Source of the DNA: Euglena gracilis
Taxonomy: Eukaryota
NCBI GenBank assembly: GCA_039621445.1
Contig: CP154954.1
Location: forward strand, 35,573,703-35,637,702
Length of the DNA stretch: 64,000 bases
Direction of reading: 5' to 3'
The translations under genes and the position numbers were made by a program. The notes beneath the pieces were generated by a model. That model had not been told where the DNA came from and did no database searches. It saw only the letters and a program-made list of their open reading frames with translations. Numbering within the stretch: position 1 is the stretch's first letter; each line of letters starts with the position of its first letter. Shown one piece after another: positions 25,601-36,627 of the stretch.

Positions 25601-26571
25601 TCTGCCGGATGGAAAACCCCTCTGAGGAGGAAGCACAGGCTCTGGTTCTGCAGCAGCTCCAAGATTCCATGCGTAGGGCAATAATCAGGGAGCAGACCTG
25701 AAAAAAATCAGGATGCGCCCACAGTGCGGCTGTGGCACATCCCTGGGTTGACGGCGGAAAAGGCAACACAGCTCGCCCAGGAGGCTGTGGGTGAGGGGGA
25801 GCCGGTGACAGTCAGGGCACACCGGGACTCCTTCCTCATCAAGCTCTACAGCCGGCGGGCGCTGGAGAGGCTGATGATGAGGAACGGGGCCACGCTGCGG
25901 GGGGGCAATACAGTGAAAATCACCCCCCACGAAACAGAGCTGGGATTGGAAGAGGTTTTTCGACATGCTGAAAACGAGCTGCGGTGCCAGAAACGGTCTG
26001 ACAGCTATGGTCGTTCTTGGGGTGGACGGGGGGTCCCAGCCCGCCAGGAGGACCACTGGGCCGGGGGTCTCGACAATTTTTCAGTCTCTGAGGTAAAATC
26101 CCAGGAAGCCAGGCCAGCCCAGCCCCAGAAAACGGTTTCACAGCCAGCTGAGGGAGGAGCAAAGGCAGGACCCCCCAAAGGCCCTGAGGGGCCACAGGGC
26201 AGGCAATCACGGCACCGGGGCGGGTCACCGGGAAAGGTACGGGAGGGACGCAGGTCACCCAGCCCGGGGCAAAAGGGGAAGGGGTTCGGCAAGGGAGCTG
26301 GCAAGGGCGGCTGAGAGTCTCGCCCAGCCAGGTCCCCAACCCCTCACCCAGCCACCAACAGGGAACAAACCGCCCCCCGAGGAGCCCCCGGAGTGGCCCC
26401 TCGGTGGACCAGCCCTGCAGCCAGTGCGGGGCCACAGATCACTGGTCTCGGGAATGCCCTGGAAAAAAATGTTATGAGTGTGGGAAAACGGGACATCTGG
26501 CACGATATTGCTGGTGGAGAAAGGGAAAGGGGAAGGGGGCCTCCACACCCCCACGGCGGGGGAGTGCCTAA
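22667..26571 (+). pseudogene. gag: gag-like ORF (frameshifted): coiled-coil region, low-complexity repeats, capsid-like domain, RRM-like domain, two CCHC zinc knuckles
   Basis: ATG at 22667; heptad-rich 23430-24100; capsid-like FQDFWNWLAQKYG...WREYESQFELIF (~25280-25690); knuckles CSQCGATDHWSREC and CYECGKTGHLARYC at 26416-26511 (read manually, absent from the ORF track); TAA at 26569-26571. Confidence 0.85.
24604..24740 (+). repeat. 33-bp coding minisatellite x4 (GSQPQGPMAAG) within gag
   Basis: ggcagccagccccagggtcccatggctgcgggg repeated four times in frame. Confidence 0.9.
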
Positions 26572-27254
26572 AAAAGCGGGGGCCAGAAGGGAGGGGACGG
26601 GGACTCAGGGTGCCCCGAGCACGGCCCTCGGAAGGGGGGTAAGGAACAGGCTCACGGAGAGGGTTGGGTTTTGGTCAAGGGAAGGTCCAAAGGCCGATCC
26701 GAACCTGAACCTGCACGGTCCCCCCAACCCCCCCTGACTGAGACACGAAAAGGGCTGGGGGGGGCCAGCAGGCCCTCTCATTCGACTCTGCCGTCCCCTG
26801 GTTTGCGCTTTTCACCAGTGAGGGCAGTCCAGGGGGGCTCGGGTCAGAATCCAGGCACGGGACAAAGGGAGAAGGGACACAAGGCGGCTGGCCCTCCGCA
26901 GCAAGCCGCCCAGGGGTCTTCGGGTTCCAGCACACCCAGTCTACCGCAGATCACAACACCAGGAAGGGAGGGAAAAAAACACAAAACAAAAAAACAAAAA
27001 AAGAAAATGAAAAAGAAAAAAACAAAACGCTCTCACAGGCATCAATCAGGGAGGCAGCGAGGGAGGTCATAAACGTTCCCCAAACCATCAAGGGCACGGA
27101 TGAAACCGCCCCCAGCACGGAAAGGGATTCAGGGTTTTCGATTCGCCAGGTGAGGTGCGTCAGGACCGCACCTTCCACCTCAACGCCCACACCACGGCAA
27201 GCCCCAGCACCACTCCCAGCCCGTTCCTCAGGGTTTGGGAGGTCGCCCTCCCGG

Positions 27255-27670
27255 TGGATCTCCCAGGACTACCACGTCCGGGAGGAGTACGTCAGGGACG
27301 TTCTCCGCCGCCTGGGGGTCCAGCCGGAGGTCGACGCTTTTTCTGCCAAAGAAAACCGCAGGTTTGTCCGCTGGTGGGGGCCAGGGAGTAGGGAGGGAGA
27401 AGATGCCTTCGCGCAGTACTGGGGCAGGGAAGTTTTGTGGATTAATCAACCTTATAAAAATATCCAGGAGGTTCCCGAAAAAATCAAGAGGGATCAGGCC
27501 CATGCCATCCTGGTGATCCCCAGGTGGCCGGGGCGGTGTTGGTACAGGGAGGCGAGGGGCTTGGCAGTGCGCCAAGTCACGTTCCCTCAGGGGACACGAT
27601 TTTTCGGCAGAGGTGAGGAGTTGTGCCGAGGGACCGAGTGGCCCATCACAGCCTTTTTGCTGTGTGGGCA
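27255..27670 (+). pseudogene. Dam-like (phage/DIRS-type) DNA N6-adenine methyltransferase domain in pol
   Basis: VDAFSAKENRRF...EDAFAQYWG..LWINQPY..I..V..KI......ILVIPRWPGRCWY. This matches the DxFA..N / DAF...W / NPP(Y/F) / xxLVxPxW....W pattern of DIRS-type adenine MTases. The catalytic motif reads NQPY (27444-27455). Confidence 0.8.
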
Positions 27671-27827
27671 CCCAGACCGGTGCACGCTGGAGGAGGTGAC
27701 ACGAAGGGGGAGAGAGAAAAAAACCAGGTTCGGGACACATTTTTCAGGGCCACCCCCAGGGACCGGGGGGGCCACGGGGGAGGTCAAGCCGGCGCACCTG
27801 GGACAGGCGGGGAGAGCGGACCAGCCC

Positions 27828-28430
27828 AGGCGGATGCTGGACCTGTTCTGCGGGACAGGTTCAGTGGGGGACGTCTATCGCAGCCTGGGTTACCAGGTCA
27901 CGTCGGTGGACGTGGACCCCAGGTGGCGGCCAGACATTTGTGTTGATGTGCTGAAATGGAATTTTAAAAAACAGCCTGGAAATTTTGAGGTGGTGGTGTG
28001 CGGGGTCCCCTGCACCGAATTCAGCCTGGCCCTGACCACCAGGGAACGGGATTTTAAATTGGCTGATCGGCTGGTGCAGCGGGCCCTGGCCATCATCAGA
28101 TACCTCCGCCGACGGCGGTGGTGGCTGGAAAACCCCCGGTACGGGTACCTGCGGACCCGCAGGTACATGGCAGGGATCCTGCACGTGGACGTGGATTACT
28201 GCCAGTACGCTGACTGGGGCTACCAGAAGCCCACCAGGATATGGGGCAGCCCCCATGTCCTGGGTCTCCGGCCACGGGTGTGTGACGGCCGGACCTGCAC
28301 CAACCTGGAAAGCCCACTACCTAAGGGGTGACGAAAGGGACGGCACAAAATTCGGCTCAGCAGCAAACACCAAAACCTGCCCAGGCACCTGAAATATCGG
28401 ATCCCAGAGGCGCTCATCCGTGACCTGGCC
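27828..28430 (+). pseudogene. C5-cytosine DNA methyltransferase domain in pol (one in-frame TGA at 28329)
   Basis: Motif I MLDLFCGTGS, motif II SVDVD, catalytic motif IV GVPCTEFS (PC at 28008-28013), motif VI WLENP, motif VIII-like YCQYADWGYQKPTRIW, and C-terminal KYRIPEALI after the stop. Confidence 0.9.
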
Positions 28431-28549
28431 ACAGCACCGGCACCGGAGGCCCACGCTGCCGGGTCTCCGGAGCCAGAGCGGGACCCCCAGACAGAGCGAG
28501 GGGTGCCCTCGGTCTTGCTCCGTGAGGTGGGGCAGGGTGCCAGTGAACG

Positions 28550-28950
28550 GCAGCTGCTGATGCGGGTGCAGGCCAGGGGGCCAGACGGACAGACTCACTT
28601 CATCAACGCCCTCATTGACACAGGGGCAGAGGTGAACCTGGTCCGAAGAGGCATGCTACCCAGCACATACCTCCTGCCTGCCCCCAAGCCCCTGTCCCTG
28701 GTGACGGCTAGTGGAGCCAAGATGGAAGGGGGGGAACGTGAGGCAACCCTGGGCCTGGTCCTCCGGCGGGAGGGGGGCCTGGGTCAGGGGGAAGGGGCCT
28801 TGTGGACGGCCCCAGCCTCCTTCTATGAGGCAGACATCCACGTGGAGGCCATCATCGGCTTTCCGTGGCTGGAGGAAAACCAGCTCGGGGTGTTTCCACA
28901 TCTCCGAGCCCTGGAATTGAGGGGAGAGCAGGTGGTCCTCCTTCGGGGAC
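28550..28950 (+). pseudogene. pol: Retropepsin-type aspartic protease domain
   Basis: ALIDTGAEVNLV (DTG at 28617) and AIIGFPWL. Same frame as the MTases and RT. Confidence 0.92.
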
Positions 28951-29141
28951 ATGATGCGGAGGGTGATCAAGTTCAGCCAGCAGCCCACAAAAAGGCACAA
29001 AAGCGAGTGAGATACCTGAAAATGGTGGAAAAAGTCAGAGCACTGCGGCTTGCTTTGCCAGAGGCAGCCCTGTGGGAGGACACCGAGGAGCCTGAGTGAG
29101 AGGAAAACCCCCTGCACGAGGATGAGGCGACCCAGGAGACA

Positions 29142-30791
29142 GTGGCCAAGGAACTCCTGCGGGCAGCCCAGGAGGTCGAAGGGGAACAGGTGACCAGCCA
29201 GCGGCCTGAGGAGCTCCGGGCAGCCCTCCGGAGGGACTTCGAGGGGGAGGTTCTCCGAGACAGGTTTTGGGGGGAAGGAATCGTTCGGGGGCCCCTGGGG
29301 GAAGGGAAAATCGAATTAAAACCGGGATCTGTGGCAAAGAAACAGAGGCCCATCCACCTGACGGGGGAGAGGCACAGGGCCTTGTGTGACCTGGTGGATG
29401 AGTGGGTGCGGGACAAGAAGGTGGAGGAGGGGGTGCCAAGTGCCTGGAGCAGCCCCACATTCGTGGTGGCCAAGAAACAGGGGAGGTGGCGTGGGGTTGT
29501 GGATTTCCGGGCATTAAACGAGGCCACAGAGACGGATTCTTACCCCCTCCCCAGGATTGAAGACATCCTGGTGAACCAAGGACGGAGGTACCTGTTCTCC
29601 GTCCTTCATCTCAAGGATGCCTTCCATCAGGTGCCCCTGCACGAAGACTCACGCCCATACACCTGCTGCAGCACCCCCCGAGGGTCCAAGCAGTGGTCTG
29701 TGGTCGTGATGGGCCTGAAAAATGGAGTGGCCATTTTTCAGCGGGTGATCGACTACTCGCTGAGGGATGTGGCTGATGTCGCCAACCCATATGTTGACGA
29801 CATCATCGTGGGGACCGAGTGGTGTGGCACAGAGGAAGCTACCCTGGAGGCACACGACCAGGACATAAGGCGAGTGTTGGGGGCACTGCGGGAACACCGC
29901 CTGGTCGTGGACAAAAACAAGTGCCGCTTCTTCGTAAGAGAAGTGGAGTTCTGTGGCCACATCCTGGGGGGAGGAAAACGGAGGCCAGCCCCGGGCAAAC
30001 TCATGGCGCTGGAGAAGTGGGAGGAGCCCAGCACGATCACAGCCCTCAGGGGCTTTCTGGGCTTCACCAACTACTACTCCAGCTACGTGAAGGAGTATGC
30101 CCGGTATGCAGCCCCCCTGATGGAACTCCTCAAGGTGGGACGTGTGGAAGGGAAAAAAGGCAGCAAAAAACCTGTGAAATTCGACCAAGTGGAACGGGAG
30201 GCCTTCACCACCCTGAAGCAGGAGATCCTCCGGGGATTGGAGCTCCACACCATCAACCCGGACCAGCCATTCATTCTCCGGGTTGATGCGAGCGACAAGG
30301 CGGTGGGGGCAGCCCTGGAACAGTTTTTGTAGCCAACAGAGGGGATGCCCACAGCCGTGGAAGCCACTACACGGAACATTGTGCCTGTGGCCTTCTGCTC
30401 CAGGAAACCCACGGCTGGACAGGTGAAAAGCTGCTCTCCGCGAGAGAAGGAGACCTACGCCATCATCCTGGACCTCCAGAAATGGGCCTCCTACATCGGC
30501 CTGCAGCCGGTGTTGGTCCTCACGGACCACAAGTCCCTGGAGGCCTGGGCCAAGGTAACCCTGGACACGCCCAGCGGACCTGCGGGAAGGCGGGGACGCT
30601 GGCATGAAATGTTCTCCCGGTTTGACCTTCACGTGGTCTACATCCCGGGAAAGGAAAACGTGGTGGCAGATGCCCTGAGCAGGTGGGCATATCCTGCCTC
30701 CAAGGCATTTGCCGACATCAGCCTCCACGGGAGCGAGGAGGATGATGAGGCAATGAGGGCCATGATCGAAGAAGAACTGAGGGAAGAGTGA
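29142..30791 (+). pseudogene. pol: Reverse transcriptase + RNase H (copy 2), in-frame TAG at 30330
   Basis: WSSPTFVVAKKQGRWRGVVDFRALN, YVDD (29790), VDASD, TDHKSL, GKENVVADALSR. Copy 1 has GAG where this copy has TAG. Confidence 0.96.
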
Positions 30792-31249
30792 GAATGCGGG
30801 ACACCGCACGGGGGGGAGGAACTCCACGTGGCAGTAACAACACGCAGTTGGAGAGACACAGCAGCACAGCACAGACCTGGCCCCAGCCCCACAGAGGGGG
30901 AGGGGGCTGAGGATTCAGTGCCAGGGGGCCCTGGCCCTGACCCCACAGGGGGGGAGGGGCCTGTGGACGCCCCCTCGGGAGATTCGGGTCCCATCCTCAT
31001 GGGAGGGGAGGGGCCTGGGGTACCTGGGTTGGACACGCGGGAGACACGAGGTTCCCCACGTGCCCATCTTTTCGTGGATGAATTCGGGAATGGACAGCCG
31101 GCAAGAAGGGGGGGGACCTGAGGATCACCAACCGGGGCGAAGAGTTCTGAGTGAGGACCTGCAGCTGACCCCCCCATCGATGATCCTCACCGGGAGGATC
31201 TCGGGGAACCTGTGGGGGAACCAATTTCACTTTCTCCAGACACGGGGGT

Positions 31250-32837
31250 GCACACCCAAGGAGGAGGTGGAGGAGGATCCCTCCATCCCAGTGATGGACA
31301 GGGATTGGTCACGAGCATGTGAAAATTGCCCTGTGTGGGGGTCTGTTTATGCAATTGTGCAGGCCCCTGCAGGAGAGTGGCCTGAGGGGGTCCGTCTGTA
31401 CGGGGACAAAATGTACACGGACGGGCTCCTCCGTGTGCCCACCAGCCTGATGGGGCTCGTGGTCCGGGCCCACCATGGGGACGCGGGCCACCCAGGTGCC
31501 TCAAGGCTATGGCACCGGATGGGGCGGTGGTACAGGTTCGCAGATCCAAGGGGGGCTGAGAAAATCACCCAAGGCATCCAGCGGCAATGTGAAATCTGCC
31601 AAGCCTGTGACCCCTCTCGAGCACCTTTCAAGTGTGCTCTCGAAGCCACCCCTGTGCCACCCTTCCTCATGGACAGCGTGGCGGTGGACCTGTTCGCCAG
31701 GCCTGAGGTGACCCACGAGGGCCAGGTGTATGATTATCTGGCCCTGTGCGTGGACCGTGAGAGTAGGTGGACGGTGGCCACCCCACACAAGTACAAGGGC
31801 CTGGCAGCTGAGGTGGTAGCCAAGGCCATGTTCCGCCACTGGGACATGATCGGGGTGCCCTCTGTGGTGACCTCGGACCGTGGCCCCCACTTTGCCTCGG
31901 CTTGGTGGCAAACAATGTGCGCCGCCATGGGGGTGAGGCGCGCCTACGGGCAGGCCTATCACCACCAGGCCAACGGTCGGGCAGAGGTGGCAGGCCAACG
32001 GGTGATGAACACCCTGTCCAAGCTCATCGCTGACCTGTCGGAGAAGGAGGCCTCATGGGTGGAGCTGTTACCCAAGGCCCTCCGGCACCTGCACGATGTG
32101 CCAGGGGAGTCCGGCTTGTCGCCCTACGAGGTGGTCTTCGGGCGGCACCGGCCACTCCAAGGCCTGCCCCACCAGCCCCCACGAGAGGCCGAGGGGGCAG
32201 CCAACTTCATGGCACGGATGCGGGCTATGGACGAGAAGGTGGCCTCCACCCTGAACGCCCTGCACGCCAACAGGTGGGCTTCCATCAACGCCAGGAGTAG
32301 GGACCCCCCTCCCCTGGAGGTCGGTGCCAAGGTGTGGTACCGTCCCGAGACACAGCCGCCTGGAAGGTGGGAACGGATGAGTGGGTGTGACGAGATTGTT
32401 GGGCAGCCGGAACCAACGGAAAACGGGAGTCCCGGAATTTCAGTAGGTGGAAATAAGTGGGATCACGACGGAACTCCTAATGGCTGCCATGGTCAGATTT
32501 CTGTCCCTTAGTAAACACCCCCCCCCAAATAACACACCCCGGTGTGTTATTTGGGCACCCAGAACGGGGCCCCAGGGGGGTGGGTGTTAGGGGGGGGGGT
32601 TGTATTGTACATGGAAAACCAAAGGGAAAACAGGGGGGGGTGTTATTGGGGCGCTTGAAAGCGGACCCCGAGGGGGGGTGTGTTATTTGGGGGGGGTGTG
32701 TTATTTGGGGGGTGTGTTATTTGGGGGGGGTTTACAAAGAGGATGTGGTTGATTATTGTGCAGCCAAGGGGATTCCGTTGGAGGTGGTGGGACTTCTCCG
32801 CCCCGGGAAGAGGGGGGGGCGGGGACGGGGTCAATAA
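31250..32837 (+). pseudogene. pol: Integrase (HHCC, DD35E) plus degraded, insertion-interrupted chromodomain (copy 2)
   Basis: HHGDAGH...CEIC, VDLF...SDRG...NGRAE. 32375-32513 aligns with indels to the copy-1 chromodomain and resumes at 32733 (YKEDVVDYC). Confidence 0.92.
32514..32732. mobile_element. MITE-like insertion (~219 bp) with terminal inverted repeats and TA target duplication
   Basis: Absent from copy 1 (…GTACAAAGAGG at ~3104). Left end AAC(A)C-run-AAATAACACACCC is the reverse complement of right end GGGTGTGTTATTTG-run-TT. TA flanks both sides. Confidence 0.8.
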
Positions 32838-32931
32838 GGGTGGGGGGTAGGAGGTGGAGGCGAGGGGACGGCGGGTGCGGGGATTGTGGTGGTGACGGAG
32901 GACACGCACATCCTTCGCTCTTGTGCGTAGG

Positions 32932-33456
32932 ATGCAGCGCTACGTGCCCCGTCGCCCCTACGTCCCTGGACCTCTTCCCGTCGTCCCTCCGCCGCCATCG
33001 GCCGCCGAGGCGGAGGCCGCCCTCCTCACCCTCTTGCCCGCCCCCAAGCGCCCCCGCCTGGACACCCCCGTGGAACCTCCCCAGCCAGCCGACTCCCCCC
33101 GACCACCGTCCCCCACACGCCCGGAGGACCTCCGCTCCCTGCTGGCCTACCTCGAGAGGCTGGCGGCGGAGGTGGAGCACCTCCGGAGCGTGGTGGGGCG
33201 GTTGGTGGGCGAGGGAGCACCGCAGCGGGTGGATGCGGGGGTGCAGGCGGAGGCGCCTGGCGAAGGGGACGACCAGGGGAGCGAGGAGGAGGCAAGCGAG
33301 TCGTGGTCGTTGGACCTCCTCGCCGCGGCTGCCACGGCCGGGGACCCCGAGGCCGAGGACGCCGAAGGGGACCAGGTCGGGGAGCCCGGCGGGGTGCTCC
33401 AACTGCTCCTAGCGGAGTCCGAGCCCTTGTGGCCCGGCTGCGATGAGGACCCCTAA
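32932..33456 (+). CDS. Extra ORF downstream of pol (ORF3), copy 2
   Basis: Same length and open frame as 3304-3828, with about six amino-acid differences. Confidence 0.55.
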   Translation: MQRYVPRRPYVPGPLPVVPPPPSAAEAEAALLTLLPAPKRPRLDTPVEPPQPADSPRPPSPTRPEDLRSLLAYLERLAAEVEHLRSVVGRLVGEGAPQRVDAGVQAEAPGEGDDQGSEEEASESWSLDLLAAAATAGDPEAEDAEGDQVGEPGGVLQLLLAESEPLWPGCDEDP

Positions 33457-34426
33457 GCCCCCCCCGTCGACGCAGACGTAGCCTGGGCCGGCTTACCTGT
33501 AGAGGCTAGCCCACCGGGGGGGGGGGAAATGGGGTTGGTGCGGAAAACCTTGGAGGGACCGAGCTTATTTCCTTTGTTTGTTGTTGTTGTTGTGTTTCGC
33601 AGGTTCAATCTCAATTTAAATTTCAGCGAAGTCAACCCCACAGTGCCCCTTGGCTACGGGCGAGGGGGCCAGGAGGGGCGACGGGACGCCCGGGTGGGGC
33701 GAGGAGGTCACAGGAGCACACCGGGGGGGGTCCCAATGGTTGAGGGGGCCCACAGCCCCCCCAAGGCTGGCCTCGCCCACCACCCGCGGCCCACATAGCG
33801 CCCCGAGGGGCAAGCGCCCCGCGAGATGAGGCGCCCCACGCACCGCACGTGCACCACACCGCACGGTGCGGCGCCCGAGGGGCCCACAGGGGGTCCACAG
33901 GCGACTGCGGGCCCGAGGGCCCACAGGGCCACGGAGGCCCAACGGGTGCCTCGAGCCCCCGGGTGTGCATTATTGTTTTTCCTTTTTTTTGAGCCCTTCA
34001 AGTGTTCGGTCGATCTCCATTTCATTTTCGTGTTGCGTTGTCATTAGGCGGTGGGGGTGCCCCGTGGCCAAGTTGGCTCCGGGGGGGGCACCTGCCCATT
34101 TTGTTCAATTTTTGATGGTTGGCCACACCCCTCTTCGGCCCACCGTGCCGAGGGAGGGGGGGGCGCCTGCAAATTCTTCCCGATTTTGACGGTTGACTAC
34201 CCCCCACATCGGCCCACCGCGCCGAAGGAGGGGGGGGGGGCGCCTGCCAGTTTTTGACCGACCTTTTTTGCGGTTGTCCACACCCCTCCTCGGCCCACCA
34301 TGCCGGGGGAGGGGGGGGGGCGCCTGTCGCTTTTCCACCAATTTAAGAAAAATACACCCCGTCGGCCAATTTTTGAAGCTAACCACGCCGGGGGGGGGGG
34401 GCAAGCGCCAACCCCCCTCCACAGCG

Positions 34427-36117
34427 TGTGAGTGGCCTTGCTGCACAGCAACTTTTGGCATGCCAGCCTGTTGCATTACAACATTTGGCATTACAGATTG
34501 GTGAATTAAGGATTTCCAGCAGAGAAGTTCCTAATTCATTTTTCTGGTAGGGCAAATCCCATGACTTGTTTGCGTGGCGCTGTGGACTGGACTTGAAGGA
34601 GTGTTCTGCTGTATTTGTGCATTTGGCTTATGCTGCGCGCCAAGGGGAAGAAGAATTGGGAAATTCCCCCTGGGATTGGGTGTCCCAAGTGCCTGGCAAA
34701 TTCAAAGGGGAGATTATGCAAAGTCTGCTGGGTGTGCAAGTTCTGTGTTCTGAAGGTTGAAGAATGCCAGTGTTGCGGAAGCTGCCATCTGCATGCCAGC
34801 AATTGCCATTGTGGGCATGGTGCCCGGATCTTTCACAAACAAGTCAGTCCAGCCTGTACAAACAAGTTCTCTGCCCAAGATGCTCAGAAAGTGCATGATC
34901 TGGGCAGTCATGCTGAAGATTGCAATGCCAGATTTGGTCATGGGAAGGTTTCGGACAGAAGTGTTGAAGACAATTTTGGACATGGAGATTCCAAATTCAG
35001 ACATGCAATCGAGATGTGCGACAAGGGGGTGCAGACAGAAGGAAAAGCCAGAACAAGGGGAAGAAGAGAGAGGAGGAAGAAAGTGAAGGGGAAGTAATGG
35101 CAAGCTGGACAGGTCAGATTCGAGGTATTTGGCTGATGTTTGTGGCATGCCGCGTGCTGTGTCTGTGGCCAATTCTGGGGCAGTAAACCCAATAAATTAC
35201 ACATGTCTGTGGGAGATGGCCGCTGATGGCATGTGGCCATGCCGCGGTGGGTGTTTGCTGGGTGGAAATCTCATTAAATGGCTCGACGGTGGGTTGTGGT
35301 GAGCCGCGGTTGACCAAATTAACTAGAATTTAAATGCCCCAGTTTGCCCATTTCACCCCCTGCTTGGGACCCCACCCACCTCTGGGCCATTTTGGGTGGA
35401 AGGGTAGGTTTCCAGCCATGATGGTCCAAGGGGCATCTTTGGGATGTCTTCCCCTGAAAAAGAAGAGGTCATCATGGGAGGAGGTTCCAAGGGGGTGTGG
35501 GTGCCCTTCCTCTGCAGCCTGCCTGTGTGTTTGCTGTAGGAGTGTCCACCTGGGGGAGATTTGCCCCAAGACAGGTGCAACACTTCGAACCGTATTTAAA
35601 ATTCCTATTTTTCATTTTACGGGTTTGACTGCAACCAAGGCCACTTTTTAATTTTTTGACTCGCTTTGTTGGGAGTTGGACCCAGCAAAGCTCGCCCGGA
35701 GAGGGGAGTGTGAGTGGCCTTGCTGCACAGCAACTTTTGGCATGCCAGCCTGTGGCATTACAACATTTGGCATTACAGATTGGTGAATTAAGGATTTCCA
35801 GCAGAGAAGTTCATAATTCATGGTTCTGGTAGGGCAAATCCCATGACTTGTTTGTGTGGCGCTGTGGACTGGACTTGAAGGAGTGTTCTGCTGTATTTGC
35901 GCATTTGGCTTATGCTGCGCGCCAAGGGGAAGAAGAATTGGGAAATTCCCCCTGGGATTGGGTGTCCCAAGTGCCTGGCAAATTCAAAGGGGAGATTATG
36001 CAAAGTCTGCTGGGTGTGCAAGTTCTGTGTTCTGAAGGTTGAAGAATGCCAGTGTTGCGGAAGCTGCCATCTGCATGCCAGCAATTGCCATTGTGGGCAT
36101 GCTGCCCGGATCTTTCA
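34427..36117 (+). mobile_element. Nested TRIM-like unit (409-bp direct repeats 34427-34835 and 35709-36117), copy 2
   Basis: Same structure as 4799-6489, including the purine tract before the second repeat. Confidence 0.6.
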
Positions 36118-36617
36118 ACCGGAGAGAGCGGGGGGGGGGGGGCAGCGCCCCCGGCTCTCAAGAGGACGGGCCCCAGCCAAGGCGGCCCGGCTCACAACGC
36201 GGGGGAGGGGCAGCCCCGACCCCCTCCACGGGGGGGGGGCAGCCCCCTCCTCCAAGGAACGGGCCCCACCCAAGGCGCCTCCCCGGCGCCCCCTCCAGCA
36301 CGCACCCCTGCCAAGCCCCCGGGGGCCTTTGGCCCCGGGATACCGGGCAAGGCGGGGGGCCCCTGCTGGGTTGGTCAAATGTTCCCTTCCGAACATGCAG
36401 GAGTTTTCCACCCCTGGCCAAGCGGGGCCTGGGGGGGGAATCACAATTACACATTGGCATCGAGTGTTTCGGGGGGGGGGCAGTCCGCCCCTACCCATGG
36501 GCCAAGAAGGCTCACGGGACCGGAAAATTTTCAGAGGCGGGAAAGCAAAAGGGAGGGGGGGGGCTGCACCTCGGACCTGCAAAGGAGTCGAATTTAAATT
36601 GCACGGCAATTTTTTTT

Positions 36618-36627
36618 AGGAGGGGAG
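36618..36627 (+). promoter_or_regulatory. Polypurine tract (copy 2)
   Basis: AGGAGGGGAG directly 5' of the LTR TG. Confidence 0.88.

Noticed and set aside
27150-28430. Bacterial restriction-modification system or contaminant
   Set aside because: No nuclease seen. The MTase domains are in frame with the retroelement protease/RT and lie between LTRs in eukaryotic repeat context.
29649-30872. Long antisense and alternative-frame ORFs over gag/pol (e.g. 391-1311, 1421-2488, 3128-4630, 23639-24787)
   Set aside because: Shadow ORFs of GC-rich coding sequence with no recognisable motifs.
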